DNA of 63,865 nt, filler included, from Reticulomyxa filosa (GCA_000512085.1; 22 parts of 22 records of this genome joined end to end with filler, not necessarily neighbours in it); one strand, 5' to 3'; counted from the whole stretch's first letter, positions 24,926-37,168 are shown. The notes: generated by a model from the letters alone, not told the origin. Numbers and translations are program-made.

Positions 24926-26415
24926 GATATACGTTTACACTTTTATAAATAGTTTGTAAAAACAATAAATAAAAATTTAGAAAAGTTGTTGGAAGAAAAA
25001 AATTTTCGAAAATGATTAGAATGTTGTAGTTTTCATGTTGGACTTGCTTTAGTTGCGGTCACAATTTTCAATATAAACTTTTCTTTTTCAACATTCCAAC
25101 AAGTTGTTTGTTTTATTGTTATTCTTTGGCTTCTAGTCATGATTCACAAGCTATCTGGAATACAACAAGGAATTTTATTTGAAGAATAAGCATGTGAATG
25201 TCGTATCGTGAGGCTGGACAGAAATTTGGGATACATCATGACAAAGCAAAAATAGTTTAAATCATACTAAACAGTGGAACGATTACAAACAAAAGATGCT
25301 CTGGATGTCCTAAAACGTGGACTGATATAAATGCGATTAATTTAATCTGGAGAGGCACAAACAGCAGTAGATTTGCGCGACTAATAGCACGAACATATAA
25401 AAGAGCGTTCTCCTTGAGCAATGTGAAGAACATTTTAAAATCCAGTGTTTAAATGGCTGCATACAAATAAAAAAGCATCTTTTAGAGTTCGCCAAAAAAC
25501 ACAAATCATTGACCAAAGTGATTGGATAAAAGTGATTTTTCCCGATGAAACGAAAATAAATCGTTTATGAATTGACTTAAAAGAATACATTTGGCGAAGA
25601 CCTAATGAAATGATTTCCGATCCCACTAATAATCCTACTTTAAAATGTGGAGTATGAAGCATGATGATTTGGGGATACTGCTAAAATCACAGTAACTGTT
25701 AACTCTGAGTTGTATAAAGAGATTCTCGCTGACGAAATGTGGAACTCTAGTCAATATTGTCTCAAAGAAAAGTATCATGAGGACTTTATCGTTCGGCAAG
25801 ATAATGCATCTTGCCAAAAATCAAATTCAACTATGGAGTTTTTGGATAATCATCGAATAACGCTCTTAGAACATCATCCAAGAATCTGTTGCGAATTATA
25901 AGATGAAAATCCAACAAAACAATGAGGTTATATCTTTGGAGCAGCTTTGGGATGTGTTTGAGAAAGAATGTGAAGATATTGACAAAGATATTTGTAGAAA
26001 GTTAGTGGAATCAATACATGATAGTATAAAAGCTTTGATCAAAGCAAGTGGTGGGCATACGAAATATTAAGAATTTTTGTTGGTGTTTTTTGTTTTTATT
26101 TGTTTGTAACGGTAGTTATTATATATATACTGTGGAAGCATCTTCTTGTAAATAATTTTGTAAAAAGCAAATACATTCTGCTACCTACCTCAAGATGATG
26201 TGGAGATATTGCTTCAACTACAATCATTTTTGAAAATTTTTTTCTTCCAACAACTTTTCTAAATTTTTATTTATTGTTTTTACAAACTATTTATAAAAGT
26301 GTAAACGTATATCCAGTAAACCAGAAAAAATCATAACAATTTGCTATTAAAATTTTTGTTAGAAACACAAAAAGTTCATATTTTAGTTTTGGCTAATTTT
26401 TTTTTGTCGCAACTG
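24926..26415 (+). mobile_element. Fossil Tc1-type DNA transposon with long TIRs and a decayed transposase
   Basis: 24926-~25020 is the reverse complement of ~26220-26313. The right end continues to ...TGTCGCAACTG|TA (reads TA|CAGTTG on the minus strand). Transposase remnants with stops and frameshifts: WIKVIFPDETKIN, MMIWG, FIVRQDNASCQKS and LIKASGGHTKY* (~26070). Confidence 0.9.
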
Positions 26416-26827
26416 TATCGCAAAAAAAAATGAGTTCAAGCCATTAATCTGACCATTAGACATATTGAAAATATTTAAAATGCATAATACGTTTGCTTTT
26501 TTTTTGCGAACTACTGGAGGCGAAAAAAAGAAACAGATGCAATCATAATTTCAACAATAAGACGAAATGCCCATGATTCATTTTTTATATTTTTTTTTAT
26601 GAATTTTATTATTTATTTCATTATTTATCTTGTAGATATACCTAACTTCTTTTGAATTAAAGCAAGCCAAATTATGATGCTACATTTACAAAATCTTAAC
26701 CTTTTAATTTTGAGATAACTTTAAAGGCTTGATTTGAAGTATTTATTTCAATCACCTCCACACAATTTATCTTTGTTTCATCAAAAAGATAATTTTATAC
26801 AATAATTTTAATTTAATCTTTGTTTTA

Positions 26828-26945
26828 AATTTAAAAACTACAAGATTTGTGGTTTTTTTAAAAAAATTATGGTTAAATGTTTATTTTTCATTGAGAAATC
26901 GATTCTCTTCATAGAGGTGCCACTTCGGTTATAAATTTTGGCTAC
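26828..26945 (-). mobile_element. Degenerate MITE-family copy
   Basis: TTAAAAACTACAAGATT...TAAATGTTTATTTTTCATTGAGAAATCGATTCTCTTCATAGAGGTGCCA is similar to 15560-15660, 40435-40480 and the reverse complement of 41955-42010. Confidence 0.55.
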
Positions 26946-27169
26946 TTGAGCAAATCAGTTTTTAAAAATTTTTATCAAAAGCAAGATATTCCACAATTGT
27001 AAGTAATTTTTGGTTAATTTTTTTACAATATACTGAAAAAATACGAGCTGAATAATCAAACGTTAAAAAGCGGTAGGTGATCCACGTTAACTAAAGTTTT
27101 TTTTTTGTAAACGGTTCAAAATTGTTGAGAATTTGGTTGACTTTTTCTCAACCCTCTGATTATATATCC

Positions 27170-30100
27170 ATGTGGAGGACGAATTTTTTGTCATTCCAAA
27201 GAAGATGCCTGTTGCAAAGGGGTTTTTCAACCGCAGGTAAAGGACTCCCGTTGAACAACGTGACGATAGGTGTGCCGCGCGAAACGTATGAGGGCGAGAA
27301 AAGGGTCGCTCAAGTTCCATCGACAGTGGAGAAGTTGAAAAAGCAAGGATATAAAGTGAAGGTCGAACAAGACGCAGGGAAGTACGCATTGTACTCAGAT
27401 AGTGAATACGCAGCAAGCGGAGCAGAGATTGTGGCGAACAAAGAGGCATTATTTGCAGGGAGTGATGTGATAGTAAAAGTGCAGCCCCCTGACAAGACAG
27501 AAATTGGACTTTTGTCAGAGAAGCACACATTGGTATCATTTGTATGGCCCGGGCGAAATTCTGATTTAGTGTCGCAGCTGCGCAACACGAAAAGCACAGT
27601 ATTTGGCCTCGATTGCGTGCCCCGTATTTCGCGAGCGCAAAGCATGGACACTCTGAGCTCAATGGCCAACCTTGCCGGGTACAAAGCAGTGATCGAAAGC
27701 GCGCACGAGTTTGGGCGCTTTTTCCCCGGCCAAATCACAGCAGCAGGCAAAATCCCACCCGCCAAAGTGCTCGTGATCGGAGGAGGAGTGGCCGGACTGG
27801 CCGCCATTGGTACTGCGCACAGCATGGGCGCCATGGTAAGGGCCTTTGACGTACGACCTGCGGTGAAAGAGCAAATCGAATCGCTGGGAGCGCAGTTTTT
27901 GACGGTGGAACTGGCGGAGAGTGGCGAAGGCTCCGGGGGCTATGCCAAGGAAATGAGCAAAGAATTTATCGCCGCAGAACACGCGCTGTTTCGCAACCAG
28001 TGCAAAGACGTGGATGTGATCATATGCACGGCTATGATTCCAGGCAAGTCTGCGCCAAAGTTGATCTTGCAAGATATGGTGAAATTATTGAAACCGGGAT
28101 CTGTCATTGTTGACTTGGCGGCCGAAACGGGAGGAAATTGCGAATTGACGCAGCCTGGAAAACGCATTGTGACTGACAATGGTGTGGTTATTCTTGGATA
28201 CACGGATATGCCGAGTCGTCTGCCCACCCAGGCAAGCAACTTGTTCGCCAATAACATGGTCAAGTTTTTGGGAGAGATTGGACAAAAGGAAAAGGGATGG
28301 CATATCGATTATAACAATGACGTGATCAAAGGGTCGATGATTACTCAAAAAGGAGAATTGAAATGGCCCCCACCAGGACCCATTGGCCCACCACCCGCAC
28401 AACCCAAAAAACCTGCTCAGACCGCTGAAAAGGCAACGGAAAAAAAGGTGAATCTGTTTCGAGAACAGCTGAAAAACTCATTGGTCACGTCGGCCTTGTG
28501 CGCGTCTTTGCTGGGCTTTGGGTACATATCGCCTGATCCCAGTTTCACGTCCACTTTGACCACGTTTGGCTTGGCTGGCGTGGTTGGGTACAATGTCGTG
28601 TGGGGAGTCACTCCGGCGTTGCACTCGCCTCTGATGTCAGTCACAAACGCCATATCCGGGCTGACGGCTGTCGGAGGGTTGATTCTGATGGGCAAAGGAG
28701 AGACATATGGAGCACAAGTCTTGGGAGGGCTGTCCTTGGGGATATCTTGTATAAATATTGGAGGTGGATTTTTGATCACTCAACGAATGTTGGATATGTT
28801 CAAACGCCCAACCGATCCAGCTGAACACACTTACTTGTATCTGTTGCCCGCAAGCGTATTTTTGACAGGTTATACCATGGCACGACTCAAAGGTATCACC
28901 GAGGTCATTCAAATGGGCTATTTGGCGGGAGCTTTGGGATGCATTGGAGGCATTGCTGGTCTCTCCAAACAGTCGACGGCAAGAGTAGGAAATGCCTTGG
29001 GTATGTTGGGAGTTGGAACGGGTTTGTGCGCGACAGTAGGAAGTCTTCCATTGACTGCATCCTACAGTCTTCCTATCTCGATGGCCACCTTGGCCGGTGC
29101 CGGCGCAGGGACAGGCATGTACTTTGCGAAAAAAGTAGAAGTGACTGAATTGCCCGAAATGGTGGCTGCTTTCCATTCCTTAGTTGGGTTGGCTGCAGTA
29201 GCTACTTCCGTTGGTAGTCATTTGAATGAAGTTTCACACTTTGCTACGGACCCAATGGCAGGAGTTCACATGGGCGCCATTTATGCAGGTACTTTGGTTG
29301 GTGCCATCACGTTCACTGGTTCCATTGCCGCATTTTTAAAACTGAGAAACTTGATATCTTCGCAACCACTGTCATTGCCAGGCAAAAATGCCATCAACGT
29401 ATCGTTATTGGCAGCCTCTCTTGGCTGTGGTTACATTTACATGCATGGAAGCGCAATGGTTCCAATGTTAGTTGCGACGTCTTTATTGAGTGGAGCCTTG
29501 GGTGCTCATACAACCGCTTCCATTGGTGGTGCAGATATGCCAGTCGTCATTACAGTGTTGAATAGTTACAGTGGATGGGCTTTGTGTGCTGAAGGATTTA
29601 TTTTGAACAATGACTTATTGACTGTTGTCGGATCATTGGTCGGCAGCTCAGGAGCAATTCTGTCTTATATCATGTGCCGTGCCATGAACCGAGATTTGAC
29701 CAATGTCTTATTTGGTGGTTGGAATACTGCTGCACCTACTGCGTCAGCAGCCTCCACTGAACACAAAACTGCCACCGAAATCAATGTACCGAATGCTGCA
29801 CAAGAGTTGTTTGAGGCCAAATCAGTCATCATTGTTCCTGGATATGGTATGGCCGTGGCCAAAGCCCAATATCCAATTAAAGAAATTGTCGATTTATTGA
29901 CAAAACGAGGTGCAAAAGTTCGATTTGGAATCCACCCTGTTGCAGGAAGAATGCCAGGACAAATGAACGTGCTGTTGGCTGAAGCTGGTGTTCCTTATGA
30001 TATTGTGTTGGAAATGGAAGAAATCAATGAGGACTTTGATCACACAGATGTTGCATTGGTGTTAGGTGCCAACGATACAGTTAACAGTGCAGCAGAAGAT

Positions 30101-30310
30101 GATCCAAATTCACCAATGGCTGGTATGCCAGTATTGAGAGTTTGGAAAGCTAAGCACTGCATTGTCATGAAACGAAGTCTTGGTGTTGGATACGCTGCGG
30201 TTGACAATCCAGTGTTTTACAATCCTAACACAAGCATGTTATTGGGTGATGCCAAAAAGACAACAGATGCATTAGCGTCTGCTTTGAGACAATTGGCCGA
30301 AGGAAATTAA
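27170..30310 (+). CDS. NNT: Mitochondrial NAD(P) transhydrogenase, fused alpha-beta (dI-dII-dIII), 1046 aa, intronless
   Basis: First ATG at 27170 with a presequence ([16 protein letters not shown]). Hallmark motifs: [85 protein letters not shown] and KRSLGVGYA. Confidence 0.98.
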   Translation: MWRTNFLSFQRRCLLQRGFSTAGKGLPLNNVTIGVPRETYEGEKRVAQVPSTVEKLKKQGYKVKVEQDAGKYALYSDSEYAASGAEIVANKEALFAGSDVIVKVQPPDKTEIGLLSEKHTLVSFVWPGRNSDLVSQLRNTKSTVFGLDCVPRISRAQSMDTLSSMANLAGYKAVIESAHEFGRFFPGQITAAGKIPPAKVLVIGGGVAGLAAIGTAHSMGAMVRAFDVRPAVKEQIESLGAQFLTVELAESGEGSGGYAKEMSKEFIAAEHALFRNQCKDVDVIICTAMIPGKSAPKLILQDMVKLLKPGSVIVDLAAETGGNCELTQPGKRIVTDNGVVILGYTDMPSRLPTQASNLFANNMVKFLGEIGQKEKGWHIDYNNDVIKGSMITQKGELKWPPPGPIGPPPAQPKKPAQTAEKATEKKVNLFREQLKNSLVTSALCASLLGFGYISPDPSFTSTLTTFGLAGVVGYNVVWGVTPALHSPLMSVTNAISGLTAVGGLILMGKGETYGAQVLGGLSLGISCINIGGGFLITQRMLDMFKRPTDPAEHTYLYLLPASVFLTGYTMARLKGITEVIQMGYLAGALGCIGGIAGLSKQSTARVGNALGMLGVGTGLCATVGSLPLTASYSLPISMATLAGAGAGTGMYFAKKVEVTELPEMVAAFHSLVGLAAVATSVGSHLNEVSHFATDPMAGVHMGAIYAGTLVGAITFTGSIAAFLKLRNLISSQPLSLPGKNAINVSLLAASLGCGYIYMHGSAMVPMLVATSLLSGALGAHTTASIGGADMPVVITVLNSYSGWALCAEGFILNNDLLTVVGSLVGSSGAILSYIMCRAMNRDLTNVLFGGWNTAAPTASAASTEHKTATEINVPNAAQELFEAKSVIIVPGYGMAVAKAQYPIKEIVDLLTKRGAKVRFGIHPVAGRMPGQMNVLLAEAGVPYDIVLEMEEINEDFDHTDVALVLGANDTVNSAAEDDPNSPMAGMPVLRVWKAKHCIVMKRSLGVGYAAVDNPVFYNPNTSMLLGDAKKTTDALASALRQLAEGN

Positions 30311-31714
30311 AATCATTTTGGCTTACATTTTTTTTGTCAATAAAAACTTTGTGTGGCTAAATTGCTGCGCTTTTTGTTGTTACCACTGTGTATTTTGTTT
30401 CTTGACAAGATCATCTAATTTCTCTGAAAAAGTCTGCCATGCTTTATTGATGTTATTCATGGCCATTTTGATTATTTCAATGCAATGCTAAAAATATCAC
30501 AACTTTAAATTAGAATTTTTCAAATTTTAAAACAAACTGAGCAAAAGGTATTTTATTTTTCATCGTGCTTCTTGAACGAAGGAACCTTGGAAAATATAAC
30601 TAATGGAAACCATTGATATTTTGTTCGTTTTCAAGCACTATTAAAAGAATAAATTTTTAAATATTATGTTGTGACGAAACTTTTTTAAGAATAAAATATT
30701 TGTAAATGTTTGAAATTAAATATTTTTTGGATGCTTTGTTCTGCTTGTAGTTAAGTCCTTGAAATTGACATCAATCAAAACAAAAGTCATGGAAACATAT
30801 TTTTGCATTTTGATGTGTTTATCAATATATTGATGTTAATTGAGAATTACTTGCTATATTGAATAATTTTCATTTTCAGGCTTTCCAGATTGATAGTTTG
30901 AGTTAGACAACGCAGAGATAACAATAGAAGTAATGTTTAAAAAAAAATCAAAGTTCACAATCACATCATTAAGACCAAATTCAAACTGTAGTCGATTGAG
31001 ATTTTGATATAAATATTGAGATATCATTGATCCCACTTCTATGGACATGCTGACATGTACGCAATCTCGACATGGTGGATCCAAAATAAAACTGTCGAAG
31101 TGCAATCTAGCAAAATATGCAGCAGTCCGAAATAAAAAAGAAAGAAATCCTTATTGTTTCTCAACAGGCCAGTAACCAAGAGCACAATATTCTTACACAT
31201 ATTGTATTATCTTTTTTTGTTTAATTTAAATTAATTTTTTATTTTCGAATTCTTTTAAAGCTTTAATGGTTAAGAAATGCAAAGAAATTTAAAGGTATAT
31301 CAAATCAAGATAAATATATGAATATAGTATATTGCAAAAAAACTAACTACANNNNNNNNNNNNNNNNNNNNNNNNNNNNNNNNNNNNNNNNNNNNTTAAT
31401 TAATTAANNNNNNNNNNNNNNNNNNNNNNNNNNNNNNNNNNNNNNNNNNNNTAATCACAAGTGTTTCGACACGATTTTCGATTGTATTTCAAATTTTTTA
31501 ATTTTTTTTTTTGTTACAACATTGGATTTCCATTTGCGTCATTCTTGGTTGTAAAATCGGGCAGTTTTTCGAGTAAATGTTAAAATATGTATTTCTTTGT
31601 TGTGTTAATACAAAATCAGTGTTTTTTTTTGTCAAAAGCTTGAGCACTCGTGCTCCGAAAAAAAAAAAGTGGTTTTTGTGAACGTACTTCCTCCAAAAAA
31701 AAAAAAACAAATCA

Positions 31715-32453
31715 ATGAAACGACGGTCACATGAAAGCCAAGAAAACAGTTCAAATCCATACTTGAATATATTAACACGCGATGAATCATTTAAAGCCAC
31801 CTTAAAATCTCGCTATTTGAGCAACTTTCGGACAGGCTATGTTGGATATGTTGTCGTGTCGGTGGTTGGTTTGTTATTACGAAGGAGACAAGACAAGTCC
31901 TCGAGTTTGACCGTCGGGAAAGTGTTAGGCGCACTGTTATCAAAAGAGCATTTACTAGTGGCCAACGCGTTGGGGAGTGTGCCAGTGACCTACCAATTGC
32001 TGAAGCATAGGTTGGGATTGAATGATTTTTTATCGTGTGGATTTGCAGCACTGTGGTATTTCGGCGTGCCCACTACTATTCGCGAATGGGTCGCGTTGTA
32101 CATGTTCTTGCAAAGTATACGTACTTTGTATGACGTATACGCTTCTTATCTAGGAAAAGAAGAAGAAAATGCTGATGATGATGATGATGATGACAGTAAT
32201 AATGATGAAGAAGAAGAAGAAAAAAGCAGCAAAAAAAAGGACCACAAAAAGAAAAGCTTGTTTCGAGTGTATTTTGATAAGACAAAGCCATATCACGAAT
32301 ACGTGATATCCGGTGCGCTTTTCACTACCATTGGCTACGCATTGTATCAAGAGCCAAAGTTGTTAGACGACTCGTACTATCGTTCCATGTTGCAATGGGG
32401 GGACAACACACACGAACAAATGGAGACAATGTTTCGAACGTTTGATTCCAAAG
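31715..32453 (+). CDS. TMEM135-like membrane protein, first exon
   Basis: Several TM segments, WVALYMFLQSIR and IGYALYQEPKLLDDSYY (cf. TMEM135 'Y.P..L..SY..F'). A donor and a (TA)n intron follow. Confidence 0.55.
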
Positions 32454-32683
32454 GTTATGTACATATATAAACATATATATATATATATATATATGTTTAT
32501 ATATGTATATATGTTTGTATACGTATTTTTGTATTCGTGTGTGTACGTTTTTAAGGATTATAAAAAAAAAAAAAAAAAAAAAANNNNNNNNNNNNNNNNN
32601 NNNNNNNNNNNNNNNNNNNNNNNNNNNTTAATTAATTAANNNNNNNNNNNNNNNNNNNNNNNNNNNNNNNNNNNNNNNNNNNN

Positions 32684-32996
32684 ACTCTTGTTTGCTAAAC
32701 TACTAACCTGTTTCTGCATCAATTTTACGGGGCAAGGACAGTTAAGATGAAAGCAAGATCGTATGATCCAAAATACATCAAGTACTTTGCAAATCGAAAG
32801 CAAAGAAAAGATAGTAAGTTTTATCATTATCATGTGGTGTCTCAATTGAATCTCTTTGATGAGAGAAACTGGCAGCTTGCCTAAGTCCTGCTCGGTCTTT
32901 AACTAGGCTGTTGAAAGGCTTGAGCCGTGTGCGGTGAAAGCCGCCTGCACGGTTTTTAGGAGAGAGGATGGTAGTGATACCGTCCTCTTATCCGAC
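32684..32996 (+). mobile_element. Group II intron 3' end (domains V and VI) with the C-terminal remnant of the intron-encoded RT/maturase
   Basis: DV at 32922-32955: GAGCCGTGTGCGGTGAAAGCCGCCTGCACGGTTT (AGC triad, GAAA loop). DVI hairpin GAGAGGATGGTA-GTGA-TACCGTCCTCTT-A-TCC has a bulged A and the intron ends in AC at 32996. The upstream frame 32699-32884 reads VKMKARSYDPKYIKYFANR, like the IEP DNA-binding tail 'VKxxxxPYDP....YF..R'. No HNH motif. Confidence 0.9.
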
Positions 32997-33135
32997 AAAT
33001 TTTAGCCAAAAAATTTGCCTGTTCACGGCTTTGCCGTTTGTACCTTTAGTAGATAAATTTAGTAGTTATTAGCTTGCAAAATTATATTACCTCGAAAGCC
33101 ATGCGGCAATTGAGCTATTTGGAGTTTATTTTACT

Positions 33136-33475
33136 TTATACCTTATTATAAGATCTAGTCCCATAACATTCTGGATATTTAGAACAACCATAAAAATTAT
33201 GATTATCACGCCTACGCTTACGCAATATCATGTCTGCTCCACATAATGGACATTGAATATCTACCAAATTTATAGTACTTTTAGTTTTGCTAGTTTGTGA
33301 TCCACGACTACCCTTACAAACATTACAACAACGCCCATATCCTGTGATAAGTTTACTGTCATTGAAATCGTCAAGACTGCGTATTTTTTTGCATACAGGA
33401 CATTCCTTCATCTGACTTTTTCGTAATCTAGAAACATTGCTACGTATCTCATTAACTAATGAATTGCTATATTGG
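33136..33475 (-). CDS. Double Zn-ribbon module (CxxC...CxxC plus topoisomerase-type C4 zinc finger); probable frameshifted C-terminus of the helicase-nuclease
   Basis: CPVC..SKLITGYGRCCNVC and CPLCGADMILRK....FYGCSKYPEC. The frame is open upstream of ATG 33411 back to the A8 run (DQYSNSLVNEIRSNVSRLRKSQ). Confidence 0.8.
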
Positions 33476-34290
33476 TCTTTTTTTTACAAGATCAAATAAT
33501 CGGCGATTAAGCGTTTCAACTGGCTCTTTGCCAACGTTAAAGCGGTTAATACGGATAAAATTATAACCATAACTCTCTAATACTTTTTCACGATATATAT
33601 GTTGATCCGTGTAATAAAACTCATTTATAGAAGAATCGGCCTTAAAATGATATTCAAACCCATCATATTCTATTACTATTTTATGCTGCTTTTTATCTTC
33701 GTCAGTATAAATTAACAAGAAGTCACATACGTACAAAGGATGAGAATAGTGTTTATCTAATTGTTTGATTGACTCTCCTAACGGGAACTGTGCTTGCAAT
33801 TCTAATGTTGATTGATTTGTTTTAAAGAAAATAGTTGCTTGAATCCAATGTAACACTTTCCTTTCCATGGGGGATCTATCATCTGTGCTATTCGCATCTG
33901 GTAGTTTTCTTGCATTTTCAAGAGTCTTTTGATAATGCTGTAATGCTTCGCCAATAGACCCATTAAAATCATATATTGGCTTACTAAGAAAGAAATGCAT
34001 TTGCTCTTTGGCACGACTAAAACCAACATTAAGTCGTTGTAACTTAATTTGTCCACTTTCTTCTGGTTCGATAGTATTTATATTTTTAATAAAAGCCCAC
34101 CCAAGTTTATCAGATGCTGGGTTGGCAACCATTGAATAAAGAATAATATCTCGTTCCTCTCCCTGGCAAGTGTCAAAAGTCATTATCTTCAGCTTATGTT
34201 GTTTCTGAAAATGCTCATAATTAGGGTGTTTAAAAAAAATCTCTACTAAAAGCTTCTGCTGATTGGTATGTGGTGTAATGATGCCGATTG
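33467..34290 (-). CDS. Bacterial-type SF1 (Upf1/AAA_12-like) helicase C-terminus fused to a Vsr/DUF559-like PD-(D/E)xK nuclease, 5'-truncated
   Basis: Helicase motifs GIITPHTNQ, TFDTCQGEERDII and RLNVGFSRAK. Nuclease part SPMER..QFPLG..YVCDFL..IVIEYDGFEYH..REKVLESYGYNFIRI. No introns and no low-complexity tracts. Confidence 0.88.
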
Positions 34291-34759
34291 GTATGACTGG
34301 CTCAACAATCGGGATAAATAGCATTTTTATCGGTAGTAATATTTTGCTTGCTAGTGAGTTTAAATAGTTGTTAAATGACAGGTAAGTAAACCAACTTAAC
34401 ATAGGTACACCATGACAAATAGCAGAGAAAGACTTATAGAAGCTGCACAAGCTTATAGCGATAAGGCAATGGNNNNNNNNNNNNNNNNNNNNNNNNNNNN
34501 NNNNNNNNNNNNNNNNTTAATTAATTAANNNNNNNNNNNNNNNNNNNNNNNNNNNNNNNNNNNNNNNNNNNNTATTACTTTTTTGGAAATACCAAAAAAA
34601 AACAAATAACTCAAAAATAGAATTTTCTTCATGAGTTTTCTCTAGTTGTGTACTAAATCTCATATTTTATGAAATTATATTTGTAGGAACAAAAACTATA
34701 TTAAAGTATAGCTCCAAAAACTTGGCCTGCTGAGTAAAAAAGACGAAATAAGACATTAT

Positions 34760-36720
34760 AATGCCGGATTCCTCCAAGGTATGTTGATCTCTTGATGCGA
34801 TTTCAGCATCGAAGGGACCAGTATATTACTTTTTTCGTGAACATTTCCTTGGTCTGATCTTTGCTGTTGTCACTCATTAACGTGTACAGGTCGCGAATGC
34901 GATGCTTGTTGTGTGCTTTCCAGGATTCCCACAAGGCCTTCATTGTATTCATCAAGCCACACCAACAAGACGCATAAATCCGAATTGATAGTTCCATTGG
35001 TCACTTCTTTAAATCTACTCAAATACTGTTCACGATTGAAGTATTTGTAGAAGACGGCGATGCTGGATGAAGTGTTATATGTTGAAAACGACAATAATCT
35101 TCCATTCATATCTCTTTATGTCTTGCAATAAGTGCTGTGGTATTTGTTGCTGCATTAAAAAAATTACAATACATTTATATGTATATGTGCAATTGTAAAA
35201 TATAGTATATTGTAACATATCATAATTTAACAAAGATGCTTTTATCTTTGTAGACTAAAAGTACTAAACTTGGAGCTCTTATGAAGCAGAGTTTATCTGT
35301 TGAATAAGAGTATTATAGACAATGTATACTCCTTTTATTACCGTTCCAAAGTTTTAATGCATTCCAAATAACTCCAAGTATTTCTCGCTAAATTGTCTTT
35401 TGCTAGCAATATTGTTTCTTTTTTGTTTTCAATTTCAGCCAAAAATATTTGAGGGCTCGAGCAAAGCCTTTTCGATCGCTTGGATTGCGATTGCAACTCC
35501 AATTCTGATATTTGCTTCGTTAAGTTCATCACGCCATTGCCACATTCCATCGGAGATGTTTTTCAATATCGTGTGCGTCCGCAATCGATTGCGAAAGATT
35601 TTCAAGGTAATTCGACTTTTTTGCCAATAGCAATATCACCAAATGATTTGGCGTTAAATAATTTTGATTCAATAACTAGTCATCATTGTTGTTGTGGCTC
35701 AACTTGTTTGACATTGATTTCATTTGTCGAACTCTTTTACATGCATTAATAAATATACGTAGCAACCTCAATGCTAATGATCGAAATGTGCATATGTGTT
35801 GTTATCTCATTGTCATTACTGTTATTATGATTCTATGATAGAAAATAAAGGCCAAAGAAATGGCATATAAAATTTCTTCTTCTTTTTCTTTGGGCTTGAT
35901 TGAAGCATTCTTTGGGACAACGGCAGGCAGTGTTGGTTGAGCGGCTGATGCATACGCAGATGACTCTTTGGACAATTCGGTGCCACTGTTCAATTTCAAC
36001 CGTTCTGAGTTATGTCCATTTTGATCTTGCTAATATGATACTACGCACAAGTACAATCCATCTGCAAGAAGCAGCATTTGCTCTCGCTATTGTTGCTATT
36101 CAGTAGTACGTACTCGCAGCTGTTGAAGTAGCGTTCATATGAATTTGCTTCACGTGTTTATATATATACATATATATGTATGTACATACATAAACATAAA
36201 ATGTACATTTTTTTTTTTGGCCAACACTTTTTTTAAAAAAACTGAACTAATAACATTCAAACAAGCTTGTATTGTCTATGCAAATGAACAGGTCCGAATA
36301 TATATCATTTATGAAAGCGAATAGCTTAGCTTGGTCAGCGAGACATTGGATTGAATATAGTTACCCAACTGCTCAAAATTGCAAGAACGAGTACGGACGA
36401 CACATGTGATAATAACTCGTCGCTTGTGCCAACAAAGAAGTAGGTGAAGATGCGAGCAATATCTCGGTTTGCACCTGCAGACACCAGTTGATCAATTGAT
36501 TGTTGTCTAGAATCGCATAACCTTCCAAAATCCTCAAATCGTACTTTCGTTTCACAAAGCCATTGATCAACGATAACAATTTGTCTATAGACGTATACAC
36601 AGATAACAAACTGATATATAATAAACGTCACTGGCGCTTGCCCGTTGTCATTGTTATCCAACTCCAACACGTGGTTGTAGTTGCTGATGTTCCCACTGTC
36701 AATACTATCCTCCACTAACA
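34760..36720 (-). pseudogene. Decayed multi-exon gene, unassigned
   Basis: A chain of short protein-like minus-strand ORFs (36335-36721, 35802-35999, 35338-35550, 34870-35109) broken by stops and intron-like AT blocks. Confidence 0.3.
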
Positions 36721-37168
36721 TAAGGCTCGTCTCGTATTGTGATTACAAAACTTTATTCAGTGGTGCGTCGCGTTTGAGTTGATGCTCCAATTCGTGCACA
36801 CAGATGCAATATCACTTTCATCGAGTCAACCACGTTATTTCATTTATTCTTATTATTTGTGTCGCTACACTTGAGCCACAATATTTTATTTCACTTTTTT
36901 TTAACAAAAGTGCAACAAAAAAATTATTATTAACAATAATTTACATATAAATTATGTATACGTATATAAGTATTTTAATTACGTATATCGACTTGATGTT
37001 GATTAATATGGCCAACCCATTCACTATGTGATAATATCTGTCATTTTCGTTGTTTTAAAAAAAATAGANNNNNNNNNNNNNNNNNNNNNNNNNNNNNNNN
37101 NNNNNNNNNNNNTTAATTAATTAANNNNNNNNNNNNNNNNNNNNNNNNNNNNNNNNNNNNNNNNNNNN

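Noticed and set aside
27087-29862. Antisense and alternative-frame ORFs over NNT (and similar ones over 44000-46500 and 37800-38700)
   Set aside because: These are shadows of a GC-richer real CDS and show no motifs.
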